The translations under genes and the position numbers were made by a program. The notes beneath the pieces were generated by a model. The model did no database searches and was not told where the DNA came from. It worked only from the letters and a program-made list of their open reading frames with translations. DNA of 64,000 nt from Octopus vulgaris. Its lineage: Eukaryota. The stretch lies in contig OX597831.1 in assembly GCA_951406725.2 (NCBI GenBank), forward strand, positions 47,988,001 to 48,052,000. The letters run 5' to 3'. Of the stretch, positions 40,030 to 53,779 are shown piece by piece (within the stretch, counting starts at the first letter, position 1; each line of letters begins with the position of its first letter).

Positions 40030-40460
40030 CCACAAACGGTGGACTTAGGTTGGTTACACTCTTGATTTAGATTCTGAGAATTCTGTGAAGGATTTATGCA
40101 ATTCCAAACAACATTATTTTCTGTAGAAGCTCTATCTTCCTATTTACTCTTATCTTTTCAATCCAGTTTGTGGTCTTGGTATTTACAGTACCCAAAGCTC
40201 TTACAACAATAGGTATAACATTTTCCTTTTTCAATGATCACAGTTTTTTTTTTTATTTCCCAGTTCAAATCATTGTAACTGACCTGTTTCTCTTCACTTT
40301 CTGATACTTTGTCATCACCAGGGAATGCAATATCCATGATTAAACAAGCTTTTTCCCTTTTTATTCCTCTTTCGATGTTCAGTTTCATAATCACACAGGA
40401 TCATTACACCCCACAGTATATTTACCTTGTCATTCTCAATTATTCCTGAGCTTGCCCATT
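40030..40460 (-). mobile_element. R4/Dong-clade LINE 3' fragment (restriction-like endonuclease)
   Basis: minus translation GIIENDKVNILWGVMILCDYETEHRK..KACLIMDIAFPGDDKVSESEEKQVSYNDLNWEIKK matches KILWD..I.CD..I.HR.PD..C.IIDIA.P.D..V...E.EK..KY.DL. Confidence 0.8.
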
Positions 40461-40463
40461 ATT

Positions 40464-40501
<38 letters not shown>

Positions 40502-40525
40502 TATTATTATTATTATTATTATTAT

Positions 40526-40583
<58 letters not shown>

Positions 40584-41009
40584 TGAACATCACAGCATGC
40601 TGACATCAAAAAGTCTATTGACTTGCTAGTAGCATAAAACAGATCATTTATCGATCCCGGAATACATCATTGGCAAAATTCTGAATAAACTACCACCAGA
40701 CAAATTATTTTTATTTTATTGGTTTCTTCTTTATATATTTCCAATAGCAAAGATTTCTTAGAATGTCCACATGTATATAGTTAAGGCAAAAAATGCGACT
40801 GCAATGGATGGCTATAACTTTCTCGATTTTGAAATATATTAGACCAGATTTTGGCAGCAGCTTATTCCTTATTCTGTGACTTCTGTTTAGATATTTATTC
40901 AATGAATGCAGTTGATATAAAGTTTTCCAGGTAAATGTTATAGCAGATCAGAAGTAGCTAACCATGCTAGATTTATGCAATAAGGAGTACTTCAATAACT
41001 TAACTATGT

Positions 41010-41495
41010 AAAATCAAAATCAAAATCAAATTCGATGACTGGCATCCGTGCTTAGTGGAGTGCTAAGAGTAGCATACGAGCTTGATCGTTGCCAGAGCAA
41101 CAAGCTGGCCTCCATGACGGTGGCATGTAAAAAGCATCATTCAAGTGTGATCGTTACCTGTGTTGCCTTACTGGCACTTGTGCTGGTGGCACATGAAAAA
41201 CCATTCGAGCGAGGTCGTTGCCAGTGCCACTGGACTGGCTCCTGTTCAGGTGGCACATAAAAAGCACCATTTGAGCATGCCCATTGCCAGTACCGCCTTA
41301 CTGGCGCTCGTGCTGGTGGCATGTAAAAGCACCCACTACACTCTCGGAGTGCTTGGCATTAGGAAGGGCATCCAGCTGTAGAAATTCTGCCAGATCAGAT
41401 TGGAGTCTGGTGCAGCCATCTGGTTCGCCAGACCTCAGTCAAATTGTCCAACCCATGCTAGCATGGAAAGCGGACGTTAAGTGATGATGATGATG
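41010..41495 (+). mobile_element. Family D retroposon with 5-6 array units
   Basis: (aaatca)n-ttcgatgactggc start as in 18380-18405; units ggtggcatgtaaaaagcacc; conserved 3' end. Confidence 0.88.
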
Positions 41496-42529
41496 TGACT
41501 TTCAATCCTCTCATTGGGATAGTAAATTTGAATATTTATAACTATTTTACTGTATTTGATGGCAAATGAGATGCCTTTTATTCCCTTAAAAATTTCCCCA
41601 CCAAAATCACTCCAGGTCCTATATGCAAAGGGCTTATATTACATACTTCAATATATTAAAAATATTTTCTCCTGAATATATGTTGCTGCAATTAGGGTGT
41701 GTCTTTCATGCATCAAATGCAGTAATTAATGATATTTTAATATAACAGGTATTAAATATTATAAACACCAATTTGTGTCAAGCAAAGAACAACAGATCCA
41801 TTAATAATATAACCAGAACCATGTAGCTATCTACTTAGTTCTTGTAATATGTCTAATATAATTTGCATGAAAATGTTTGTTGTTAAAGTATAAGATTTTA
41901 AATGGAGTTAATTATCTTTGCAGACAGTGAACTAAAGTGAGATACATTGATATTTTGGACAGTAAAATAAACTATTCTGATTGTATTCAATGACTAACTG
42001 ACTGACTGACTGACTGTCTGACTACTACTACTACTACTGCTACTGCTGCTGCTGCTGCTGCTTCTTCTTCTTCTTCTTCTTCTTCTTCTTCTTCTTCTTC
42101 TTCTTCTTCTTCTTCTACATTTAATTTCTATTTTCCATACTCTCATGGGTTGGATGGTTTGGCAGATTGTTTGTATTATAAAAGTAGGAATGGTTTCAAG
42201 AAAGTCGGTATCAAAAGTGGAATTAAGTTAGGTGAAGAACTTATTCTACACTCCAAAAATATGGCTAATTGAACAACAAATATTCAATAAATCTGTACAA
42301 GCATTGCTTAATGCAGGATAATCTAATGTTACCACATGATCCAGCCCTTGTTGTGATCCAAGCTTGCAAGATCTATGATTGTGTGCCTTAATGACACACA
42401 TAGCTAAATCATTTTTCTTCTTGCTTTTTCTCATCATTTTCTCATAAACCAACACCCTGCTTCTTAAATACATCTAATGATATGAACTGAGCCTGAAAAA
42501 TTGACAGAAGATATATAATAAATAAAATA

Positions 42530-42780
42530 AATGCGCCCTTTTAAAGCCTAGTCAGGCTTATGGACCCGGTTTCCCAGTTTCAATGGCGTATGTGTTCCCC
42601 AGCTGGATGGGACGCCAGTCCATCACAGAGTTACTCATTTTTGTCAGCTGAGTGGACTGGAGCAACGTGAAATGAAGTGTTTTGCTCAAGAACACAATGC
42701 GTCGCCTGGTCCAGGAATCGAAACCACAATCTTAAGATCATGATGTTGACACCCTAGCCACTAAGCCATTCGCCTCCACA
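42530..42780 (-). mobile_element. SINE with family E core and family C-type tail
   Basis: cttgagcaaaacacttcatttcacgttgctccagtccactcagctg core plus ggggaacacatacgcc..gaaactgggaaaccggg tail. Confidence 0.8.
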
Positions 42781-43019
42781 GAGATATATGGTATATTACA
42801 TAAATTTTCCAATTTATTGTATCTCTACAGTATGAAATTATTAGCAGTTCTTTTGTAAATTGTCTATATTAAATGATATTTATCTCTCACTGGATGGAGT
42901 ATTGTTTTTTTGTTGATCCTACAGATAACAGAACAGTAAACTATCAATCTACACGCTAACACAAACAGATAGATAGCTAGATATGTAACATAGGGCAAAT
43001 TTTAGCCAAATGATGAATA

Positions 43020-43062
43020 ACCTTAATCAACTTTTGAACCTCATTGGGTTCTCATCAGAGGT
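43020..43062 (-). ncRNA. Decayed hammerhead motif (GAAA to AAAA)
   Basis: minus strand acct-CTGATGA-gaacc caatga ggttc-AAAA-gttgat-TA-aggt; 5-bp stem II intact; the mutation is at a CpG. Confidence 0.55.
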
Positions 43063-43206
43063 GTCTACATCATTCTAACGGTCTCCAGAGAAACAAGTAA
43101 CCAACTGCTTATATACTCAACAAATGCAGCAGTTACTCTATGAAGGAATCTCTAATTTGCATACTGAAAGTGTTTAACACTCTATAAATACCAGTATCAA
43201 GGTATG

Positions 43207-43261
<55 letters not shown>

Positions 43262-43280
43262 AAGAGAGACAGATAGATAA

Positions 43281-43339
<59 letters not shown>

Positions 43340-43372
43340 CAGATAGATAGAGAGACAGATAGATAGAAAGAC

Positions 43373-43435
<63 letters not shown>

Positions 43436-43440
43436 CAGAC

Positions 43441-43510
<70 letters not shown>

Positions 43511-43550
43511 GTAGGTAGGTAAAGATAGATAGATAGATAGGTAGGTAAAG

Positions 43551-43581
<31 letters not shown>

Positions 43582-43584
43582 AAT

Positions 43585-43643
<59 letters not shown>

Positions 43644-43660
43644 GAGAAAGAGAGAGAGAC
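43207..43660. repeat. (GATA)n microsatellite
   Basis: direct inspection. Confidence 0.95.
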
Positions 43661-44285
43661 AGTGTGCTCCTTTCAGTTTTCTTCTACTAAATTCACTTAC
43701 AAGGTTTTATTGGCCCAGGGCCATTGAAGAAAACACATGCTGAATGTGTCACAAACTGGAACTGAACCTGAAACCATGTGGCTGGGAAGCAAGCTTCTTA
43801 ATCTCACAGCCACATCTGCACCTCGTGCAATCCATTTTGTCTAATGCTGTCTCTTGGCTCCGCTCATTCACTACCTATGGTAGGAATACCACATGTTCCA
43901 TGTTCCTCATCCAGATATAGATAGGTCAGTGACACACATCACAATGACCGTAGGAAAAGTATCATCTTAACCTTTTTGCAGTCATCCTGCTTTCTTCTGC
44001 TGTCTGTGTGTCTTGGGCAAAGAAAAAGCAAATCAATTATTCAAAGACGTAAGTTCATGATTCATTCAACTCTGATAATGTTTTTTTTGTTTTTTTTTTT
44101 TGTTTTTCTTTTGATTGTTCAGTCGTTTCAAAGGATATCATCCTTGTGGAAGAGAATAATTATTTCATGTGTTCAGTCAGAGACATATAATTTATTTTTT
44201 CACTTTTTGTTTTTGCTTGTTTTCTTTTTGCTCCTTTATATCTACTCTTTCCTCTTCTTTCTCATTCTAAATAACAACAACAATA

Positions 44286-44326
<41 letters not shown>

Positions 44327-44409
44327 TAATAATGATAATAATAATAATGATGATGAAAATGATGACGATGATAATGATAATAATGATGATGATGGTGATG
44401 ATAATAACA

Positions 44410-44467
<58 letters not shown>

Positions 44468-44764
44468 CAACAATAAATATTATTATTGTTTTTGTTGTTG
44501 TTGTTATTGTTGCTGATTATTACTAATGTTTAACCAATTACCTTTCGGTGTCTAACGTTCATCTTGTAAAAATGAAAAGACAGCAATAAATAAACGAATA
44601 AATAAATAAAATAAAATAAAAAAGTAGATAAGTAAAGATAAAAAGAAAGAGCAGAGGATGGATGGTGGATATTGTTCAACATAATGAACTCTAACACAAT
44701 GAGTGTAAAATACAGTTAGAGTATTTATCTGCTGTCAGAATTTGCTATTTGTTTCACTTTGAAG

Positions 44765-45228
44765 GAGGCCAGCTGGTGGAATCATTACTGCATGGACAAA
44801 ATGTTTAGCGGCATTTCTTCTGGTTTTGTGTTTGGTGTTCAAATGACACTGAGGTCAACTCTGATTTTCACCCTTTTGCAGTTGATGAAATAAGTACCAG
44901 ATGAGCACTGGAGTCGATTATATCAATTTACCCATTAAGGTGGCGAGCTGGCTGAAACGTTAGCACGCTGGGCGAAATGCGTAGCCGTATTTCGTCTGTC
45001 GTTACGTTCTGAGTTCAAATTCCGCCGAGGTCGACTTTGCCTTTCATCCTTTCGGGGTCGATAAATTAAGTACCAGTTACGTACTGGGGTCGATGTAATC
45101 GACTTAATCCATTTGTCTGTCCTTGTTTGTCCCCTCTGTGTTTAGTCCCTTGTGGGTAGTAAAGAAATAGATATCAATTTACCCATTCCCTTAAAATTGC
45201 AGGCCTTGTGCTAAAATTTGAAGTAGTT
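44765..45228 (+). mobile_element. Old family A SINE containing a young family A copy (44938-45170)
   Basis: TSD atatcaatttacccatt at 44920-44936 and 45171-45187. Confidence 0.9.
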
Positions 45229-45660
45229 ATTTGTTTTACTTTGGTGAAGTACTATAAGATGGCCTCTCCTGCCTAACGACCTGCACAAATGACTTGTTTA
45301 TAGTGATCAAATGCTCATGCCACACATTAACTCACTCTCTCCATCAAGTCAATGTTGTCTAAACTGATGCACAGTGTACCACGCATCAGGTGTTGAAGTG
45401 ATCATAGAGTAATGTGAGATGAATAGTTTAGCACTCCAAAACACAAGAAAATCACCCAGTCTAGGAACTGAAACCATGATCCCACAATTGTGAATGTAAC
45501 ACTCCATCTACTAGGCTGTGCACCCTCACAAAGTAATTTGTAATTCAGCAAGCCAAGTGAGACCATAACCTTGTGGCCTATGCCAGGGGTGTAACCAGCT
45601 CACTCATGTACTAAGAATTCTGCCAGTTGACAGCTTTAATATTAATAATAATACTAATTA

Positions 45661-45845
45661 ACATATATTAATGTGTATAAGGAACACTCATGCATAAGAA
45701 ACCCACTAACTTTTGGGGGTTTAAAATATAGAAAAATGATTTTGTAAGGAATTATAATACTATCCATGTATAAGAAGCTCCAAAATTTAATTTTTTTAAC
45801 CTAATTTTTAACAAAAATGGGTTCCTTATACATGTTCAAATATGG
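45661..45845. mobile_element. Tc2/pogo-like MITE
   Basis: imperfect TIRs catatattaatgtgtataaggaac / gttccttatacatgttcaaatatgg, followed by TA. Confidence 0.55.
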
Positions 45846-45884
45846 TATCTCAAAGTTTTACACTAGGTTAGCCATTTTTGGAAA

Positions 45885-46731
45885 CTGGAGTAAGTCAATT
45901 ACATTGACCACAGTGCTCAGCTGGTACTTATTTATCAATCCTGATAGGATGAAAAACAAACTTGACCACAGCGAAATTTGAACTCAGAACGTAAAGACAA
46001 ATGAAATATCACTATGCATTTTATCTAGTGCGATAATGGTTCTGCCCACTTGCCAACTTAAACATAACGGTTCTTTCTACTATAGGCACAAAGCCTGAAA
46101 TTTCGGAGGAAGGGACTACTTGATTACATCGACTCAAGTGTTCATCTAGCACTTTTTTTTATCAGCCCCAAAAGGATGAAAGGCATAGGTAACCTTATCT
46201 GAATTTGAACTCAGAACATAAATGTGAACAAACTACCACTAAACATTTTGCCCAATATATTAACTATACTTATTTCTTTATTGCCCACAAGAGGCTAAAC
46301 ATAGAGGGGACAGACAAGGGGAAAAGTTAATTACATCGACCCCAGTGCGTAACTGGTACTTAATTTATCGACCCCAAAAGGATGAAAGGCAAAGTTGACC
46401 TTGGCGGAATTTGAACTCAGAACACAAAGACAGACAAAATATCGCTGAGAATTTCGTCCAGTGTGCTAACGTTTCTGCCAGCTCGCTGCCACTTATATAT
46501 ATTAACAATACTGCCAGCTCACTACCTTAATTGTAATAATAATAATAATAATAATAATAATGATCTTTTCTACTAAAGGCACAAGGCCTGACACTTTGTA
46601 GGAGGGGAGCACGTGATTACATTAACTCCAGTGCATAATTGGTACTTATTTCATTGACCCCCAGAAAGATGAAAGGCAAAGTCAACCTCAGCAAAATTTG
46701 AACTCAGAACGGGAATAACAATAACAACAAC

Positions 46732-46796
<65 letters not shown>

Positions 46797-47005
46797 TTTC
46801 AAATATTGCCACAAAGGCAGCATGGGGGAGGGGATTAAGTGGATTACATTGATCCCCAGTGTGTAACCAGTACTTATTTAATTGGCCCTGAAAAGATGAA
46901 AGGCAAAGTCAACCATGATGGAGTTTGAACTCAGAATTTAGGAGCAGATGAAATACTGCTAACCGTTTCTCCCAACGTGCTAACGATTCTGCCAGTTCAC
47001 CATAT
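45885..47005 (-). mobile_element. Cluster of at least five family A SINEs, partly nested and separated by (AAT)n
   Basis: repeated gatgaaaggcaaagt.gacc..gaatttgaactcagaac at ~45950, 46175, 46380, 46670, 46895. Confidence 0.88.
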
Positions 47006-47054
47006 TGTTATTATTATTAATAATAATAATAGTAATCATCATCATCATCATCAT

Positions 47055-47367
47055 CATCGTTTAACGTCCGTTCTCCATGCTAGCATGGGTTGGACGGTTC
47101 GACCGGGGATCTGGGAAGCCAGAAGGCTGCACCAGGCTCCGGTCTTATCTGGCAATGTTTCTACAGCTGGATGCCCTTCCTAATGCCAACCACTCCGTGA
47201 GTGTAGTGGGTGCTTTTTACGTGCCACATGCACTGGTGCCAGGCGAGGCTGGCATCGGCCACGGTCAGATTGGTGCATTTTACGTGCCACCGGCACGGAA
47301 ACCAGTCGAGGCGGCACTGGCTTCGGCCACGATTCAGATGATGCTTTTTACGTGCCACCGACACGGG
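47055..47367 (-). mobile_element. Family D retroposon, 3 array units
   Basis: cgtttaacgtcc..catgctagcatggg..ggatgcccttcctaa; units tttacgtgccac at ~47216, 47278, 47347. Confidence 0.87.
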
Positions 47368-47411
47368 TAATAATAATGATAATAATAATAATAATAATAA
47401 TAATGATGATG

Positions 47412-47480
<69 letters not shown>

Positions 47481-47926
47481 GCAGAACATCACAACATGGA
47501 TGAACCTGGAGAGGTGAAAGGCAGGATTTGAACTCAGAAGATAAGAAAGATATAATATAAGATATATTATATTTTTCTTATTCTGTCTTCACTAATACAT
47601 GTTTAGTATAGGTGTTTATGCCTGGACTACATGCATGTCTGTGTGTAGCGGTGATAGTGGTTGTAAGATATGTTAATGCGTGCATATTCTTTCAATCACT
47701 GATCTTGTCTTTCAAAATATGTTTTATTTCCTCATGTGTATATATAACTGTATGTATGAGTGTGTCTACTTTTATGTACATACATACATACATACATACA
47801 TACACACATATGATCAAACAGACTGGTGTTAGTCTGCCTTGGCAAAACTTATATTATTGTTTTTATTGATTTTACTACATTATGTGTATGTGTGTGTGTG
47901 TATGTGTGTGTATATATATATACACT

Positions 47927-47999
<73 letters not shown>

Positions 48000-48064
48000 T
48001 ATATATGCCTAGCATCTTTTATATATTTTTTCTTCTCCATTTTCTTTTATTGACTTTTTATATA

Positions 48065-48109
<45 letters not shown>

Positions 48110-48774
48110 GTATATACATAACTACATACACACATACATACATAAATATATATATATATATATATATTCAGACACACACACACACACATAGCTGCATAAT
48201 TTTTTAGCACTGCATGTTTGCACATGTGTGTTTTATGAAGTGTGCATTTCTGACTGTGACTGTGCATATGTACAGTGCACACATATATATATGTGTGTGC
48301 CTTTGTTTTATGTTCGCCCATCTAAAAGGTATGTAGATATGTATGTGATATCACCCACTCTTCAATAATTCTTGTTATTACGCATGTCTGTGTATACATT
48401 GATGAATATAATTATAATTGGTAGACAGCACTTTATTAATTCATGCTTGATTAAACACACAACTTGAAGGTCTGTTAATTGGTTCGGTCTTGAGTTCATG
48501 AATTATGCCAACTCACTAGGTTTATGGATTGAGGATGATTTAGATGTTAACAAGAAAGCTATAACACTTATCCAACATTCTTGATGTGTACACACCAGTA
48601 TATACTATTATACACCAGTTGTTCATAACCTGGAAGGCATCATTCCACTCAGAAGTTGTGAGTTCACAAGGCATCACTAAAGATCAAGATAATACTAAGG
48701 CAAATGCTGGACTTTTGGAAGAATTGTGATTTTTTTTCTTAGAAATAAAATAACCAAGTTAGAAACAATACTCT

Positions 48775-49027
48775 TTACTCTTTTACTTGTTTCAGTCATT
48801 TGACTGCCACCATGCTGGAGTACCGCCTTTATAGTCGAGCAAATCGACTCCAGAGCTTGTTCTTTGTAAGCCTAGTACTTTATTTTATTGGTCTCTTTTG
48901 CCAAACCGCTAAGTTACGGGGATGTAATTGGTGGTTATTTCATTGACCCCCAAAAGGATGAAAGGCAAAGTCAACCTCAGTAAAATTTGAACTCAGAACG
49001 AGAATAACAATAATAATAATAATAATG

Positions 49028-49067
<40 letters not shown>

Positions 49068-49289
49068 TAATAATAATCCTTTCTAATATAGGTACAAGGC
49101 CTGAAATTTTGGGGGTGGGGGTAAGTCATTTACATCAAATCCAGTGCTCAACTGGTATTTATGTTATCGATCTTGAAAGGATGAGAGGCAAAGTTGACCT
49201 TGTTGGAATTTGAACTCAGAACATAGTGACAGGCGAAATACAGCTAAGCATTTTGGCCGGTGTGCTAACGATTCTGCCAGCTTGCCACC

Positions 49290-49328
<39 letters not shown>

Positions 49329-49800
49329 TAATAATAATAATAATAATAATGGGTGGTTCTTTCAACATCCTTAAACAACCCTTATTCAGGGACCGTTTGA
49401 GCGGGATGGGCTACTCAACCTGAAGAAAATTCTAACTGGGCCCCACCTGCAAGGTCATGTGCTGTTTATCTTGATATGAGATCACCATGTCGCGCACATA
49501 TGGTTGTGATGCATGTGCCTGGTGTACCCTTATCAGACGGGTAGTCATGATGGGTATATTGGGCTTCGTATATTTTACCCCAGTGTCATTTTGATGGCAT
49601 GCACTGCTCTCTCACTCAATAACAATAATAATAATAATAATGATTTCAAATTTTTCCACAAGGGCAACATGGGGGAGGGGATTAAGTGGATTACATTGAC
49701 CCGAGTGTGTAACCGGTACTTATTTAATCGGCCCTGTAAAGATGAAAGGCAAAGTTGACCGTGGTGGAGTTTGAACTCAGAATGTAGGGGCAGATGAACA
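48775..49800. mobile_element. Mixed cluster: family B tail (-), three family A copies (-), (AAT)n-tailed retroposon end 49350-49620 (+)
   Basis: homology to copies elsewhere in the window. Confidence 0.8.
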
Positions 49801-51205
49801 TAAATGATGCCATCATGAGATAATACATGGTTAATTCTAAAGAATGTGAATCAGTAAGCATTACATATGACAAAGTTATCTGAATGCCGAAGGGGTCAGT
49901 TATATGATCTTTGTGGCTAATCTCAATGAAAACATGATTTATTGCATGATGATGATGATCATCATCATCGTTTAACGTCTGCTTTCCATGCTAGCATGGG
50001 TTGGACGATTTGACTGAGGACTGGCGAACCAGATGCCTGCACTAGGCTCCAATCTGATCTGGCAGAGGTTCTACGGCTGGATGCCCTTCCTAACGCCAAC
50101 CACTCCAAGATGATAGCTTTTCATTTTAAGGTTTATTTTCAAATTTAAATGAACATATCGACACACGCACACACATACACACACACACACACATATATAT
50201 AGGCGTATACGTGGCAGGTGCAGGCATGGCAGCCACAAACTCAGCTGTATAATAAGAAATTTGCTTCCTAACCACATGGTTTCAGGTTCAGTCCCACAGT
50301 GTGGCACCATGGGCGTCTTCTATTGTAGCTCCATGTCAACTGAAGCCTTGTGAGTGGACTTGGTAAATAGAAACTGAAAGAAGCCTGTTATATGTGTGTG
50401 TGTAAGTGTGTGTGTGTGTGCGTGCGTGTGCTACTGTCCCTTTCCTTGAACATTTCATGATTGTTGTAAAAGGGTGTTGTCATCATAGAGTAATGTCTTT
50501 CATTTCCAGTCTTCCATGAAAATGTGTTTGACCATGGGGCTAATATTACATTACTTAAAAAAAGGGGAGGGTTGGGAACAGGAAGTGCATCCGGCTGTAG
50601 AAAAATCCACCTCAGCAAATTCTGTCCGGCCCATGTGAACATGGAAAAGTGGACATTAAGATGGTGGTGGTGGAGATAGTGGCGGTGGCAGCGGCAGTGT
50701 CGGTGATGGTGGCGGTGGTTATGGTGGTGTTCGTGGTGGTGGTGGTGGCGATCATGATGATGATGATGATAATGATATGTGTGTAAGTAATGAATTTTGT
50801 GTGTGTGTGCATGCATGTGTGTGTATATACATGGATTCATTACACATGCATGTGTATGCTGTATCTTATTACATGCTTAAAGCTATTAACTCATCGACAA
50901 GATGTTTGAAGCGTTCTTGATCTTCACTGTTTAATAGATGTTCTGTTTTCTTTTCTTTCATAGTAAACAGACAAAACAAACATGTTTGCCTTTGTGGATA
51001 TTCACCATGTTTACAGTAACAAAACAGTAGATTATGAAACCACATATTCCAGTGGAAAGGAAATCAGACAATAAATAAATAAATCAGTTGAAGTATTGTG
51101 CAAATGACACCCACTCATGAAGCAGGCTTTGTTAATTGTTAATTGTTAATTGCTACAGACAAACAAGTTTTACAAATGACACTTAATATTTTCACAAAAC
51201 TCTAA

Positions 51206-51650
51206 GGCGGCAAGCTGGCAGAATTGTTAGCACACCGGGTAAAATGATTAGCAGCATTTTGCCTGTCTTCACATTCTGAGTTCAAATTATTCCAAGGTTG
51301 ACTTTGCCCTTCATCCTTTTGGGGTCAATAAAATAAGCACCAATTGAATACCGGGGTTGATGTAATTGACTTATGCCCTCCCCCAAATTTCTGGCCTTAT
51401 TCCAAAATTTGAAATCAAAATCTTCAGAAAACTTTAAGGCAGTGAGCTGGCAGAATCATTAGCATACTGGCTGAAATGATTAGCAGCTTTTTGTCAATCT
51501 TCATGTTCTGAGTTCAAATTCTGCTGAGGTTAGCTTTGCTTTTCATCCTTTTGGGGTTTGATAAAATAAGAACCTGTTGAGTACCAGGGTCAATGTAATC
51601 GACTTAACCCCTCGCCAGAATTTTCTGGCCTTTTGCCAAAATTCGAAATC
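51206..51650 (+). mobile_element. Two head-to-tail family A SINEs
   Basis: 51206-51416 and 51438-51650, bounded by three versions of aatattttcacaaaactctaa. Confidence 0.88.
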
Positions 51651-51997
51651 AATATTTTCAGGAACTCTAATTTCAGTTATCAAAATCAATATTATATTGA
51701 GTTTAGTTTTGTTTCGTTTTTTTTTAAGAAAATCAGCATTTGTAGTAAATTGTCAAGATATTTACAAAATTGTTTGAGCCATTGACAAACATTCAAAAAT
51801 GTCTGGCAGGTGTTTAGAAAGAGAAGAAAATGTTGATGTAGAGGTGAGAAGGTATTAACTAGCAATAACAGCTAAATGATGGTTGGGGTAGAAATGACAA
51901 CTGTCTTTATTGGTAGCTATTGGCTGCACTTTACAATGAACAATTAGTGGAAATTATCTGTAGGCTGTTGAGAATTATTAGTTAGAAATGACCTTAA

Positions 51998-52218
51998 CCC
52001 TTTAGTGTTCACATTATTCTACCAAAATTAATGCTTTTTCATCCACATTGTTTTGAACTAATCATGCATTATCTTGTAGTTATGAGATTTTGATGAGGTA
52101 GCTGTTAATTTTTAAAACGATATTGTAGGGTTGGTGTGAGAGACCAGATCTAGCCAGTTTGAACATAAAACAGGCAGAATACTTTTGGCCGGATATGGCC
52201 GGTTTAACTGCTAAAGGG
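51998..52218 (+). mobile_element. piggyBac-like MITE
   Basis: TTAA-ccctttag ... ctaaaggg-TTAA. Confidence 0.85.
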
Positions 52219-52927
52219 TTAAACTCATGTCAAACTTATATCAATATCACATCATTACTAGCATTCACTGATTGAGAAACCATACACCCTTGTTTGGAAC
52301 ATATTGTTATCATGTTATCACTTTCCAGTTGAAATCTTACATCTTTGGTTAACACCAAATTATCTTCTGGATATGCTTAATTGAATTCTTGCTGATCATC
52401 TTCTTCGGAATCTTCTAAAATTTGCACCAAAATTTAAAATAAATGACCTACACCTTTATCTCTCCTGCTTGGGAGTATTCTGGTGTGGTGAGCTTCAGGG
52501 TAAAATATTTAGGTAAAAAAATTCTCAAAACAACCCTTAAGAAATTGTAATCTGTCTGTGAACAGTTGTAGATGGTTAAGTTATGCACTGACATTGTCAT
52601 CTCATTATCAGCAGCAGTGCTGCTGCCACTGCTGCTACTACTGCCACTGCTGTCACTTCCACTGCTGCCATCACCACTGCCATTATCATCATTAATGTCT
52701 ATTTCCCCATGCTTGCACATGCCAGATGGAGTTTGTTGGGGGACAGATGTGGCTGTGTGGTTAAGAAGTTTGCTTTCCAATAACATGGTTTTGGTTTCAT
52801 CTCACTGCGGGACATCTTGGGCAACTCTTGTACTGTAGCCCTGGGTCGAACAAAGTCTTGCGAGTGGATTTTGTAGATAGAAGCCGAAAGAATCCTGTTG
52901 TGTGTATGTGCATGCATATGAGTATAT

Positions 52928-53157
52928 ATTTCTTTACTACCCACAAGGGGCTAAACATAGAGGGGACAAACAAGGACGGGCAAACGGATTAAGTCGATTA
53001 CATCGACCCAGTGCAAAACTGGTACTTTATTTATCGACCCCGAGAGGATGAAAGGCAAAGTCGACCTCGGCGGAATTTGAACTCAGAACACAACGACAGA
53101 CGAAATACGGCTAAGCATTTCATCCGGCGCGCTAACGTTTCTGCCAGCTCGCCGCCT
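52928..53157 (-). mobile_element. SINE family A, young copy inserted in an older family B copy
   Basis: TSD tgcatatgagtatat; CpGs intact. Confidence 0.92.
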
Positions 53158-53779
53158 TGCATATGAGTATATGTTTGTGTGTGTGTGTGGTGGGTGAGTG
53201 TAAGTATGTTTGTGTCTCTTTATTTTGGCCATGCATGATTGTTGTGAATAAATGTCATTCATTTCCAATATTCTACTAAAACATGCCTATTACCTTATTA
53301 CCTGGCCATAGATAATTAACCTCAATAAGCTCTGTCCAACTCATGCAAGCATGGAAAAGTGGCAATGGTGATAAAACTCCACACTAAAAATTTCCACCTG
53401 TTCCTTATTCCTGAAACTTTTACCTACTGGAATTCCTTTTCTCATAATTGTTAATTGTTAATTACAACAGACAAACAAGTTTTACAAATGGAGTAACTGA
53501 CATTTCATATTTTCACAAAGCTTTAATTTCAGTTATCGAAAACAATATTATATTGATTTTGGTTTTGTTTTGTTCTCTAAGAAAATCAGCATTTGTATTA
53601 AATTGTTAGGATATCTACAAAATTGTTTGAGCTGTTGACAAACTTCCAATTTTATTTCCTTTCAAGCATTAACTAGAAGTTCAAATTGGAGATCAGCTTT
53701 GTTGATCTCCAATTTATCCTCCTCCTTCTCCTCCTCCTCCTCCTCCTCCTTCTCCTCCTCCTTCTCCTCCTCCTTCTCA

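Noticed and set aside
42200-42480. Possible hAT dimerisation-domain remnant (DYPALSNACTDLLNI)
   Set aside because: A single short motif with no termini; too weak to call.
53683-53715. 13-bp perfect hairpin aaattggagatca/tgatctccaattt
   Set aside because: Too short for a pre-miRNA and has no supporting context.
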